Source of the DNA: an uncultured Lactobacillales bacterium
GTDB lineage: Bacteria > Pseudomonadota > Alphaproteobacteria > CAYJES01
Assembly (NCBI GenBank): GCA_964369365.1
Contig: CAYJES010000007.1
Coordinates: 799-64,798 of the forward strand
Direction: 5' to 3'
Length of the DNA: 64,000 nt
Shown here: in pieces, positions 1-8,292 of the stretch
Layout of the letters: the number at the start of each line of letters is the position of its first letter
How positions within the stretch are numbered: position 1 is the first letter of the stretch
The notes under the pieces: model-generated
Database searches by the model: none
The model's input: only the letters and a program-made list of their open reading frames with translations
Told to the model about the DNA's origin: nothing
Program-made: the position numbers and the translations under genes

Positions 1-2
1 CA

Positions 3-209
3 AGAAAAGCTAAAAGTCATTTCGAAGATAGAGATTTTAGCCCTTCAGATTTTGACAAAATAATTAAGCAAGAGGCTTTTCTTGATATGGAGCCTAAAAT
101 TGTTGTTGCTGGTGATGCAAAGCGTGATGAAATCATAAAAGAATATTTGCATGAAGGGAAAAAGCCAAAATTGAGTATGTATGATATGGTTCAGAAATTT
201 TCAAGATAG
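3..209 (+). CDS. 3' end of an unidentified protein-coding gene (partial, runs off the window start)
   Basis: Open frame from the window edge to TAG at 207-209. The translation (...DFSPSDFDKIIKQEAFLDMEPKIVVAGDAKRDEIIKEYLHEGKK...) is protein-like. It is followed by an intrinsic terminator hairpin. Confidence 0.35.
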   Translation, partial: RKAKSHFEDRDFSPSDFDKIIKQEAFLDMEPKIVVAGDAKRDEIIKEYLHEGKKPKLSMYDMVQKFSR

Positions 210-232
210 TTATGATAGATGAATTGTACTTT

Positions 233-270
233 AAAGGGCTTTTGGTTATAACTGAAAGCCTTTTATTTTA
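233..270 (+). terminator. Rho-independent terminator (copy A of a repeated hairpin module)
   Basis: aaagggcttt / aaagcctttt form a 10-bp stem with one G-U pair and a 12-nt loop. A T-rich tract (ttttattttat) follows. The hairpin lies directly after the stop of the upstream + strand CDS. Confidence 0.6.
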
Positions 271-336
271 TCTGAAACAATTATTAAACGTTCATAGTTG
301 GTTGTTCGCAGATTGCGCAGCGACCTGCGCCATAAA

Positions 337-366
337 AAACAGTCCTTTCAGGGCTGTTTTTTTATG
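337..366. terminator. Bidirectional hairpin terminator-like element
   Basis: aaaaaacagtcc-tttca-gggctgttttttt: a 7-bp stem with an A-run upstream and a T-run downstream. It is preceded by a GC-rich mini hairpin, gcgcag-cgac-ctgcgc, at 314-329. Confidence 0.4.
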
Positions 367-399
367 GGATATTGTGTGGTGAGAATTCGCAATCGAAGT

Positions 400-648
400 A
401 GGTTTTAAGTGCTAATGCATGCAAAAAACCGTGTGCGAGATGAAAGGACTCCCGCGATTTTATACAATCCCGCCGGGCAGGAGGGAAAAAATGGGTCCAG
501 TGAACCCATTTTTCCGACAGATGAAAATTTGTTAGTTTGCATATTTGCAAACGTTACAAGCCGAGTGACCGAAGCGATTTAACGAACAAAGAGAGTTTAT
601 AAGCAAGATGCCATAATGTACAAGACCGAATTTTATCGGTCTTTTTTT
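400..648 (+). ncRNA. Candidate small structured RNA of unknown class. GC-enriched intergenic segment ending in an intrinsic terminator.
   Basis: Local GC is clearly above the roughly 30 percent of flanking DNA. Perfect 10-bp hairpin aaaaatgggt-ccagtga-acccattttt at about 486-512. Palindrome gtttgca-tat-ttgcaaac at about 532-550. Canonical terminator gaccga-attttat-tcggtc plus T8 at 622-648. No convincing ORF: the 362..550 minus-strand ORF looks spurious. Confidence 0.2.
622..648 (+). terminator. Rho-independent terminator
   Basis: agaccga / tcggtct stem with a 7-nt loop, followed by 8 T. Confidence 0.6.
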
Positions 649-754
649 TATATTTACCGTACCTTTTGGTATGGTTGAATTGTTTTAACTTTAAAAATCG
701 AAAATTAAGTATTAATCAAATAACAATTCAACCTATACAATTATTCAAAAAAGA

Positions 755-783
755 TTGACAAAATGAGCAATTTAGGTTAATCT
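755..783 (+). promoter_or_regulatory. Putative sigma70-like promoter for the HAD-IIA gene
   Basis: TTGACA (755-760), 17-nt spacer, TAATCT (778-783). Confidence 0.25.
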
Positions 784-905
784 TAATTTAAGAATAGTAA
801 GTGTAAAATGTTTTTACTATATTAGACTTTAAATAAAGTGGAATTATAACATTTTGGGTAAAAAAGACTTACCAAAAGAAATGTTTACTACAGCAGGAGG
901 TTTTC

Positions 906-1880
906 ATGACAGAATTTAAAATGGAAAAAAATATTGATGGGTTGATAGAAAAGCATGATGCTTTTATTTTTGATGCTTTTGGTGTTTTTAATTTAAATGG
1001 CAAGCTTTCTAAAGATGCTATTGCTACTATGGAAAATATATTAAAAAAAGGAAAGCCACTTTATATTTTATCTAATTCCACTGCAGGTGTGGAAAAATCA
1101 GAAATAAGTTATAATAAAAAAGGACTAATTAAAGGCGTTCATTATACGGAATTAGTTACATCAGGCGAATTCGGTCATCAACAAATCTTAAAAGGCAATA
1201 TACCTGTAAAAGGAAAGAAAGTTTGGGTGTTAGGTGAAGCAAATGCTAGCAATTCAGATAGAATGCCAGAAGCTTTAAATAATACAGGAGCAATAATAGT
1301 AGATGACATTAAAGATGCTGATTTTGCATATTGTGGCATTCCTAGAATAAATGGTAAGGATTTAGAATATAACTCAAATACAGGATTAAGAGATAATGCT
1401 GAAAATTTCATGAGCGATCTTGCTGAATTAAAGGAAAAAAATATCCCTATGATTGGGTTTAATCCTGATTATTTTTCTTTTGAGAATGGCATGAAAGCTA
1501 TAAGACAAGGTGCTATAGTAGGTGCTTATGAAGAAATGGGCGGAGAAACAATAGTTTGTGGAAAGCCAGATGTAAAAATATATGAATATGTAATTGAAAA
1601 AATAAAAGATAATCACGGTATTACAGACTTAAAAAGTATAATGATGGTAGGAGATACTGCGCGTACTGATATTGATGGAGCTAATAAAGTAGGAATATCA
1701 AGTTGCTTGCTTTTAAGGTTTGGGGTTTCATATCTTGAATATGTCGGAGGAAGAGAATATAAAAAAGGTCAAAAAACTTCTAAAAAGATGTTTATGGATA
1801 ACTTAAAAAAGGAATTGGAAAAGAAAGGGATGAACCCTACATATATTGCAAAGGGAATAGCATCTAAAGGCAAAGGTTAG
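906..1880 (+). CDS. HAD-superfamily hydrolase, subfamily IIA-like
   Basis: N-terminal FIFDAFGV motif I, degenerate at the second Asp. C-terminal MMVGDTARTDIDGANKVG motif, typical of HAD-IIA (NagD-like) enzymes. The RBS aggagg lies 6 nt upstream. Confidence 0.6.
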   Translation: MTEFKMEKNIDGLIEKHDAFIFDAFGVFNLNGKLSKDAIATMENILKKGKPLYILSNSTAGVEKSEISYNKKGLIKGVHYTELVTSGEFGHQQILKGNIPVKGKKVWVLGEANASNSDRMPEALNNTGAIIVDDIKDADFAYCGIPRINGKDLEYNSNTGLRDNAENFMSDLAELKEKNIPMIGFNPDYFSFENGMKAIRQGAIVGAYEEMGGETIVCGKPDVKIYEYVIEKIKDNHGITDLKSIMMVGDTARTDIDGANKVGISSCLLLRFGVSYLEYVGGREYKKGQKTSKKMFMDNLKKELEKKGMNPTYIAKGIASKGKG

Positions 1881-1900
1881 CCAAAATTACTATTTATTTT

Positions 1901-1940
1901 AAAAGGCTTTTGGTTTTAGGACTGAAAGCCTTTTATTTTA
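1901..1940 (+). terminator. Rho-independent terminator (copy B of the repeated hairpin module)
   Basis: aaaaggcttt / aaagcctttt form a perfect 10-bp stem with a 14-nt loop, followed by ttttattttattt. It is about 88 percent identical over roughly 50 nt to the element at 228-283. Confidence 0.6.
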
Positions 1941-2110
1941 TTTGAAACATCAAGTAATTGGCGGTTATAATTAATAAAAAAAATAGTCGCATTATTTAAT
2001 TATTAAATAAAATCATACACTAAGAAAATAAAAACTAAATAAGTATTGATATCAGTAATTATAAATGATAGCCTTAAATGTGTTTAATTTTATAAAGGAG
2101 TTATTGTATT

Positions 2111-2470
2111 ATGGATTTTAATAAAATAGTAGATATTGTTAAATTGTGTTTAACTAAAAAATATGTGGATTTTAAAAGCAGAGGATCTAGATCCGAATTT
2201 TGGTATTTGCAATTGTTTTTAATTATAGCGTTAAATTTAATATCTTTTATTTTTGGGTCGATTGGTCTTCCAATGATATTGTTGCTTATTGTTAATATCG
2301 CACTATATATCCCAAGTTTATCAGCAGGTGTTCGCCGTTTGCATGATATTAATAAATCTGGTTGGTGGTTACTAATTGGTTTGATTCCTCTTGTAGGACT
2401 TATCGTTCTTATATACTTCTGGGTACAAAAAAGTGATGAAGGAAGCAATAACTTTGGAACTTTAGATTAA
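2111..2470 (+). CDS. DUF805 family inner-membrane protein (YhaH-like)
   Basis: SRSEFW ... GVRRLHDINKSGWW signature of DUF805. Three predicted TM segments. Confidence 0.6.
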   Translation: MDFNKIVDIVKLCLTKKYVDFKSRGSRSEFWYLQLFLIIALNLISFIFGSIGLPMILLLIVNIALYIPSLSAGVRRLHDINKSGWWLLIGLIPLVGLIVLIYFWVQKSDEGSNNFGTLD

Positions 2471-2494
2471 TCTATCAACTGATTATAAGTGTAA

Positions 2495-2525
2495 ATAGCA
2501 CCATGATTTTGGTGCTATTTTTTTT
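2495..2525. terminator. Bidirectional intrinsic terminator
   Basis: atagcacc-atgatttt-ggtgctat stem-loop followed by T8. It sits between the convergent DUF805 (+) and CAT (-) genes. Confidence 0.55.
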
Positions 2526-2540
2526 GTAATAGAGTAAGAG

Positions 2541-3182
2541 TTATAATTTTTCTGGATTTGTGAAAAAATCAGCAATTTTATTTACAAATTGTCCCATATG
2601 ATAGCCATCTATGAAAGTGTGATTGATTTGAAAGCTATAGCATAGGATTTTTTTGCCATCTATGTTTTCTACTTTGCCCCAATCAAGAATAGGCATAGAT
2701 TGATGAGATGATAGTTTGCCAAAGGTTCCCCCTGTATATGAAAACCACGGAATACAGCTAAGTGAAATAAGATTTGATTCTTGTTGATCTTTTTCATTTG
2801 GAATATTGCCATTTTTGATATTGCCAATAATTTCATTTGCAGACTTTAAAAATTCATTGAAAGTTTTTGAATATGGAATTTTAGCAGTTGCAAATTGATG
2901 ATGTTCATCTCCATCGATTGTTATATAAGTTGCGGCATCTATAACTTCCATATCAAAAAGTTTTTCATCAATTTCGCGATAACGAAATTCAGGAACTTCG
3001 TTAGAAGCTTTTAAAAAAACATAAAGGCAAATAATAAAAAATGAAAGATTATTTTCTTTGCAAAAGTTATAAGAATCGGTAACGTCTACTTGGATTGTTT
3101 TGCCATAAAGAGGGCAGTCAAATGTTTTGAAAAAATTATATAAATCTTTTCTGTGCCATGTATCGATGTCTATTTGTTTCAT
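2541..3182 (-). CDS. Chloramphenicol O-acetyltransferase family protein (CAT, type A)
   Basis: 213 aa. N-terminal IDIDTWHRKDLYNFF and C-terminal INHTFIDGYHMGQF (catalytic His region) match the classical CAT fold. Confidence 0.65.
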   Translation of the reverse strand: MKQIDIDTWHRKDLYNFFKTFDCPLYGKTIQVDVTDSYNFCKENNLSFFIICLYVFLKASNEVPEFRYREIDEKLFDMEVIDAATYITIDGDEHHQFATAKIPYSKTFNEFLKSANEIIGNIKNGNIPNEKDQQESNLISLSCIPWFSYTGGTFGKLSSHQSMPILDWGKVENIDGKKILCYSFQINHTFIDGYHMGQFVNKIADFFTNPEKL

Positions 3183-3204
3183 TTGGTTATCCTATATAAT
3201 TTGG

Positions 3205-3236
3205 AGTTAAAAAAAGCCAGTATAGTAACTGGCTTT
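3205..3236 (-). terminator. Intrinsic terminator downstream of the MCP gene
   Basis: aagccagt / actggctt 8-bp stem. On the minus strand it is followed by a T-run. Confidence 0.4.
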
Positions 3237-3251
3237 AATAAATACGTTGAC

Positions 3252-4964
3252 TTAGTTGCCAGATCTTAATTTGAACTCACTTACTAAGTTTTGTAAAACT
3301 TCAGCTTGAGAGGCCAGTTTTTCGCCGGTAACAGCGCTTTCGTTTGCTGTTGCTGTGTTCGAATTAACAACAGTTGTGATTTGTTCAATGTCAGCAATTG
3401 TTTTATCAACAGCCGCTGATTGAGAAACGGATGCTTCTGAAATTTTTTCGATAATTTCAACTACTGCATTTGCATCATTTAACAGCTTAGTTGTGATAGC
3501 AGCAGTTTTGTTCGCGATTTCAGATCCGCTTTGAACCGCATCTAGTGAGTTTTGAATTAAAACAGAAGTGCCTTTTGATGCTTCTTTTGTTTTTAGGGCA
3601 AGGGTTTTAACCTCATCAGCTACTACTGCGAATCCTTTACCTGCAACGCCAGCTCTTGCTGCTTCTATTGTTGCGTTTAACGCTAACATATTTGTTTGGG
3701 TGGCAATGTCTTCAATAGTTTGGATTATGTTTCCAATTTCTTGCGAACAATTGCTAATTTCATTCATTGCAACGATAACAGATTGCATTTGTTCATTATT
3801 GTTTTCCATTTCAATAGTAACAGCTTTAACCATTTCGTTAGCAATCCTTGCATTGTCTGCATTTTCGTTTGTTTGAATGGATATGTCATTTGTTGAAGCG
3901 GAAACTCTTTGCACCGAACTGGCTTGTTCTTCTGCCCCCTTAGTAAATGCTTGTGAATCTTTAGTTACTTGTTCAGATTCTGCGGTTACTCTCATTGCTA
4001 CATCTTTAATATTTGCAAGCATATTGTTGCTTGATGTTATCATTGATTGAAGACCAATAGAAACAGCATCTTTATCAGATTTAGCAGCAACATTAATGGT
4101 ATAATCTTTATTTGCAATTTTATCAGTTATTACTGCGTACTCTGATAACATATTTTTTAAGTTATTCATAGCAGTTGCGATTAATCCTAATTCATCATTT
4201 GTAAAAAGGTTGCTAGGAACTTCAGTATTAATATCGCCAGTGTTTACAATTTCAGAAACTTTATTAGAAAGCGAAACCAATTTTTCACTTATCCAGGTTG
4301 CTAGAATTTTTACCGCATATAAAAGGGCAAATACGCCAGCTACATTGACGATAATTCCGAACAGAACCACAAAAGCAACAATAAAATTATTTCTGGTCAT
4401 TGTGCCTTCCATTATTTCTGTTTCATCTTCTAGGAAGGTTGCCACGCTCTCAAAAAACTTATTAGCAACAGGAGTAACACTACGTAAAGCTTGCAGTGCC
4501 TTTAAATCTGTTTCTGGATTGTTGCCGCCAGCTATTTTGATGTCTGCTGATAAAATCATGCTTTCTTTGTATTGATTCTTGCTGATGATAATTTCTTTGA
4601 AAGTATCTTTTTTGTCGCCTGATAATCTTTTAACAAAATCATCCATGCTCGAATCCAATAAATCAAAGTAATCAATATATCTTTTATACAATCCATCGCG
4701 AAGTTCTGGGTTTTCTTGAAGAAGGATATCACGTCCAAGAACCCTGCACATATACATAGTTTTTATAATGTCGTTAAGTAATTTTGTGTTGTGAACGTTT
4801 TGGGAAAATACCCTTTGAGACATGGCATTCACAGTGGTTAATGATATTGTTGAAATTAATGCAATAACAACAATAACCGCAATTGTAATTATCCTGATTG
4901 GATAAAACTTTTTGCTCATAGAAACGTTTGGTAACCAGTCTTGATATTTTTTGTATGCTTGCAT
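3252..4964 (-). CDS. Methyl-accepting chemotaxis protein
   Basis: Two TM segments flank a periplasmic domain of about 150 aa. A HAMP region follows. The highly conserved MCP signalling domain is present (...[34 protein letters not shown]...). Confidence 0.85.
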   Translation of the reverse strand: MQAYKKYQDWLPNVSMSKKFYPIRIITIAVIVVIALISTISLTTVNAMSQRVFSQNVHNTKLLNDIIKTMYMCRVLGRDILLQENPELRDGLYKRYIDYFDLLDSSMDDFVKRLSGDKKDTFKEIIISKNQYKESMILSADIKIAGGNNPETDLKALQALRSVTPVANKFFESVATFLEDETEIMEGTMTRNNFIVAFVVLFGIIVNVAGVFALLYAVKILATWISEKLVSLSNKVSEIVNTGDINTEVPSNLFTNDELGLIATAMNNLKNMLSEYAVITDKIANKDYTINVAAKSDKDAVSIGLQSMITSSNNMLANIKDVAMRVTAESEQVTKDSQAFTKGAEEQASSVQRVSASTNDISIQTNENADNARIANEMVKAVTIEMENNNEQMQSVIVAMNEISNCSQEIGNIIQTIEDIATQTNMLALNATIEAARAGVAGKGFAVVADEVKTLALKTKEASKGTSVLIQNSLDAVQSGSEIANKTAAITTKLLNDANAVVEIIEKISEASVSQSAAVDKTIADIEQITTVVNSNTATANESAVTGEKLASQAEVLQNLVSEFKLRSGN

Positions 4965-5095
4965 AATGACACCTTTTTGGTATTGTTAATATAAAATTAA
5001 CACTATACTAAATTTTTAATTTTGACAATTGAAAAGTTTATAAAATAACTGTATGCTGATGAATATTTATATATAACTATTAGAGGATTATAATA

Positions 5096-5449
5096 ATGAG
5101 TAATGAGATACCAAATTGTCCAAAATGTGAAAGTGATTTAGTTTATCAAGACGGGGCTTTGTATGTTTGTCCTATTTGCGCGCATGAGTGGGGACTTGAC
5201 AGTTATGATGCAGATAGCGGCGATGAATTGAAAGTTGTTGATGCCAATGGAAATTTGTTGGTTGAAGGCGATAATGTCGTTGTTATTAAAGATTTAAAAG
5301 TAAAGGGAGCATCTAATCCTATAAAACAAGGGACAATTGTTAAAAATATCCACTTAATCGATGAGGCAGGGCATAATATTGCATGTAAAATATCAGGATT
5401 TGGAGCAATGAATCTTAAATCCGAATTTGTTAAAAAATCTGAAAAATAA
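5096..5449 (+). CDS. PhnA/YjdC family zinc-ribbon protein
   Basis: N-terminal CPKC...CPIC zinc ribbon plus a PhnA-like C-terminal domain. 117 aa. Confidence 0.6.
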   Translation: MSNEIPNCPKCESDLVYQDGALYVCPICAHEWGLDSYDADSGDELKVVDANGNLLVEGDNVVVIKDLKVKGASNPIKQGTIVKNIHLIDEAGHNIACKISGFGAMNLKSEFVKKSEK

Positions 5450-5551
5450 AAATACTAAACAATATAGGGTCTGATATTCGAAAAAACGCTTGTAATTTTG
5501 TGTAAGATAATTATAATACCAAAATGTTTATTGTAAAGAAAGGATAAAAAC

Positions 5552-6052
5552 ATGAAAGATAAAATGATAAATTGTGCTAAAACTCATAAAAAATTGATAG
5601 TTGTTGCTGTAATTGCATTTTTGATAGGTGCTGTATGTGTTATGGCGTCTAAATGTATGTTAGGAAATGTTAGTGCTGTTGGTAAAGTTGCTGTTGTTGA
5701 TGTTCAACAAATTGTTGCAAAATCATCAGAAATCAACGAACTTAAAACTGAACAAGAAGAAGCTGTTAAAAAACTTCAAGCTTGGTTGGATACAGTAAAA
5801 ACAGAAGTTGAAAAACAAAAAACAGAAGTTTCTAAACAAGCTCTTATCGAAAAATACAATAAAGAGTTTGCAGAAAAAAAACAACAAATCAGAGAAGATT
5901 ATGCTACTAAATTGCAAAAAATCGATGCAAATATAACAGATGTTATAGAATCAGAAGCAAAATCTCTTGGGTACAGCCTTGTTGTGTCTAAAGGTGTTGT
6001 TTTGACTGGTGGTGCTGATATCACTGATGAAATTGCAAATAAAATTAAATAA
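5552..6052 (+). CDS. OmpH/Skp family periplasmic chaperone
   Basis: Signal/TM N-terminus. VAVVDVQQIV...KEF...KQQ coiled segment. C-terminal LVVSKGVVLTGGADITDEI, typical of Skp/OmpH. Confidence 0.6.
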   Translation: MKDKMINCAKTHKKLIVVAVIAFLIGAVCVMASKCMLGNVSAVGKVAVVDVQQIVAKSSEINELKTEQEEAVKKLQAWLDTVKTEVEKQKTEVSKQALIEKYNKEFAEKKQQIREDYATKLQKIDANITDVIESEAKSLGYSLVVSKGVVLTGGADITDEIANKIK

Positions 6053-6074
6053 TCGTTTGATTTTATCGAAAAAT

Positions 6075-6103
6075 AACCGCTGGAAACCCCAGCGGTTTTT
6101 TTT
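6075..6103 (+). terminator. Rho-independent terminator
   Basis: aaccgctgg-aaacc-ccagcggtt followed by T8. Confidence 0.7.
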
Positions 6104-6127
6104 ATAAGTTATATGTGATAAAAAGTA

Positions 6128-6156
6128 TTGACAAAAATAAAAGATTGTGGTAAATT
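6128..6156 (+). promoter_or_regulatory. Near-consensus sigma70 promoter
   Basis: TTGACA (6128-6133), exact 17-nt spacer, TAAATT (6151-6156). It lies 50 nt upstream of the 6206 ATG, which has an aggag RBS. Confidence 0.45.
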
Positions 6157-6205
6157 ATTTTAAATATTTATGCATTAACAATTTGATTTTGAAGGAGCTC
6201 TAAAA

Positions 6206-7321
6206 ATGACTAAAGTAAAAAAGGTTATTAATTTACAAAGTGGTGTAGAGGCCACAAAACCGAGAGATGAAAGTTTTGATTCTATTCAAAATGGAGTTCC
6301 TATTTACGCTGATAATTTGCTGGAAGCTTATACAAGGCAAATTGAGCCAAAAGACTTTTTAAAGATATGTCAGAAAAAGTATGCTGGCGGTGATATGCAC
6401 AAAATGACAAGTATGGAAGGTTTGATGTATATTTCTTCGCTTTCTGAAAACAATAAGAGCGATGAAGCAAAACAAATGCTTGTAGATTATGTAAAAGTTT
6501 ATGGAACTAAAGACATATTTAGATTCCCAAGAACTGTTGATATTGCAACAGAAATAAAAATTTCAGATAAAAATATTGAAAAGGCAAAAGTTGTTTATGC
6601 TCATCTTCAAAAAAATAGAGATGAAAAATTATTAGATAAAATGATAGAGGGTAAATCAGTTGCTATTGTTGGTAGTGCTCCTTTTGAAAAAGGAAAAGGC
6701 AATGGTCCAACAATAGATTCTTATGACATTTCAATCAGATTTAATAATTATGTTTTAAATGATGAACATAAAATTGACTATGGATCTAAAACGGATATTT
6801 TTGCAAGAAACACAATAAATGATGATGTAAAAGATAGGCCAAATGATAATTATGATTTGACCATTTTACAAGGTGATTTTAAGCGTGGACCGTTAATGTT
6901 TGAAGTAAAAGATGGTAAACAGATAGAGCATTTGGATTCTTGGCATAGAGATATTTTGGCAGGCAAAAACTATTATTCAATTGCCCCAGAAACTACTAAA
7001 AGTTTGAAGCAAGCATCAGGAATTTACCATTCTACTGCGGGTCTTGCTGTATTTTGGGATATTTTAAGATCTAAAAAAGGCCAAACAAATGATATAGCAG
7101 TTTATGGTCTAGGTCTAAGTAAAGAAGCTTCTGATAAATTTGCGGATCACTATTACGAAACAAGAAGCGCTGAAGATAGAGCAAAATATTCAAAAGGCCA
7201 TGATTTTGGTAAAGAAGCAGGGTTTATAGGTATGGTTATTGAAGATGCTGAAAAAGTGAAAAAGTACTTTAATCAAATAACTTCACCATTGGCAGTTTCT
7301 ATAGTAAAAGAAGGAAGATAA
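6206..7321 (+). CDS. Putative glycosyltransferase with a Cst-II/GT42-like (sialyltransferase-fold) core. Short paralog of the protein at 54900..56936.
   Basis: VAIVGSAPFEKGKGNG...IDSYDISIRFNNY resembles the Cst-II VIIAGNGPS...DVFRCNQFY nucleotide-sugar-binding N-terminus. A later HSTAGLAVFWDIL...VYGLGLS segment resembles Cst-II TSGVYMCAVAIALGYKEIYLSGIDF. The first roughly 120 aa (YTRQIEPKDFLKICQKKYAG...MYISSL) are shared with the paralog. Confidence 0.35.
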   Translation: MTKVKKVINLQSGVEATKPRDESFDSIQNGVPIYADNLLEAYTRQIEPKDFLKICQKKYAGGDMHKMTSMEGLMYISSLSENNKSDEAKQMLVDYVKVYGTKDIFRFPRTVDIATEIKISDKNIEKAKVVYAHLQKNRDEKLLDKMIEGKSVAIVGSAPFEKGKGNGPTIDSYDISIRFNNYVLNDEHKIDYGSKTDIFARNTINDDVKDRPNDNYDLTILQGDFKRGPLMFEVKDGKQIEHLDSWHRDILAGKNYYSIAPETTKSLKQASGIYHSTAGLAVFWDILRSKKGQTNDIAVYGLGLSKEASDKFADHYYETRSAEDRAKYSKGHDFGKEAGFIGMVIEDAEKVKKYFNQITSPLAVSIVKEGR

Positions 7322-7323
7322 AA

Positions 7324-7734
7324 ATGACAACGCTTGTTAATAATACTGTAAAAGTACAAGATAATAATTTGCAGTCAAAACCTAAATTTGTGAAAAATGT
7401 GGTGGCAGGAGTTGCTGTTGGCGCAGGTTTATCTATAATAGAAAAGTTAGATAATATAAGTTTGACTACTATGAATAATTTTGGAGATGTTATCACTGTT
7501 TTAACTTGTGGAGCAATGTTTTTAGCAATACCACAAATCACAAAAAATGCGGTGTTTGACATTACTAAGGGTAGAAAACCGCATAGAAGTATTTCTAATA
7601 CAGGGGGAATGTGCATTGGTTCTGGCGCAATGCTTGCGGTTGCTAATATTTCTAGTGGCGACACAGCGATAGGAGTGGGCGTTACCGTGATAGGGGCGCT
7701 TGTTCTTGCTAAGATGTATCAAAATACAAAATAA
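7324..7734 (+). CDS. Gly/Ala-rich small membrane protein (hypothetical)
   Basis: The ATG lies 2 nt after the upstream stop, suggesting translational coupling. Glycine-zipper-like hydrophobic segments. Confidence 0.4.
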   Translation: MTTLVNNTVKVQDNNLQSKPKFVKNVVAGVAVGAGLSIIEKLDNISLTTMNNFGDVITVLTCGAMFLAIPQITKNAVFDITKGRKPHRSISNTGGMCIGSGAMLAVANISSGDTAIGVGVTVIGALVLAKMYQNTK

Positions 7735-7755
7735 CTCTTTTAAAGGCATAAAAAA

Positions 7756-7781
7756 ACAGAGGTTATATCCTCTGTTTTTTT
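7756..7781. terminator. Bidirectional intrinsic terminator
   Basis: acagagg-ttatat-cctctgt followed by T7 and preceded by A7. Confidence 0.6.
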
Positions 7782-7798
7782 GTTTATAGTGAAAAGTA

Positions 7799-8185
7799 TT
7801 ACTTATCTTTTTTGCTAAGTTCTTTTTTGATTTCACCTAGACGCTCATAAATTCCAAACCAAACCATCAAAAGTTCGCAAGATATGCGTAAGGCAAGTAA
7901 TGCAAGTGGAATGTATAATAAAGTCATTAAGAAGTTACCGATACTACTGGCTGTTAAAAGCCAAATTAATGAGTATGCAAGTAATACAAATAAACCAATC
8001 CAATAAGCTGCTTTTATAGCGATTAATGCATAAGTTTTTTCAAAAGTTAGAAATTGGAAATAATCATATTTTTTAATTTTATCATCAAAAGATTTAACTT
8101 TTTCTGTGATTCCATCCCAATTGATAGCTTTGCGCGCAGATTGTTTTTTTTCTTTTTTTTCTTCTTTTTTTTCATTTTCGCTCAT
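7799..8185 (-). CDS. Small membrane protein with a Lys/Glu-rich N-terminus (hypothetical)
   Basis: 128 aa. Two predicted TM helices. The N-terminus is encoded by three T8 homopolymer tracts at 8144-8172. Confidence 0.4.
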   Translation of the reverse strand: MSENEKKEEKKEKKQSARKAINWDGITEKVKSFDDKIKKYDYFQFLTFEKTYALIAIKAAYWIGLFVLLAYSLIWLLTASSIGNFLMTLLYIPLALLALRISCELLMVWFGIYERLGEIKKELSKKDK

Positions 8186-8292
8186 ATTATATCTCCTATT
8201 ATAAATTTAGATTGGAATATAGTTAAAAATAGACTATAAAAATAAAAAGACAAGATTTTTTTAAAATAATATAAATGTAAGGAATTTTTAAA

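Noticed and set aside
362-550. 62-aa minus-strand ORF inside the structured intergenic block
   Set aside because: It lies within the GC-rich hairpin-dense region, has no RBS and its composition is not protein-like. More likely it is part of an RNA or regulatory element.
365-650. tmRNA, RNase P RNA and 4.5S SRP RNA as identities for the candidate sRNA
   Set aside because: None of the conserved tmRNA T-arm/CCA, RNase P P4 or SRP domain IV consensus strings could be seen by eye. The class is left open rather than assigned.
3568-4575. ORFs 3568..3876, 3696..3896 and 4210..4575 on the + strand
   Set aside because: All are embedded antisense within the well-supported MCP gene. These are typical shadow ORFs of a long minus-strand gene.
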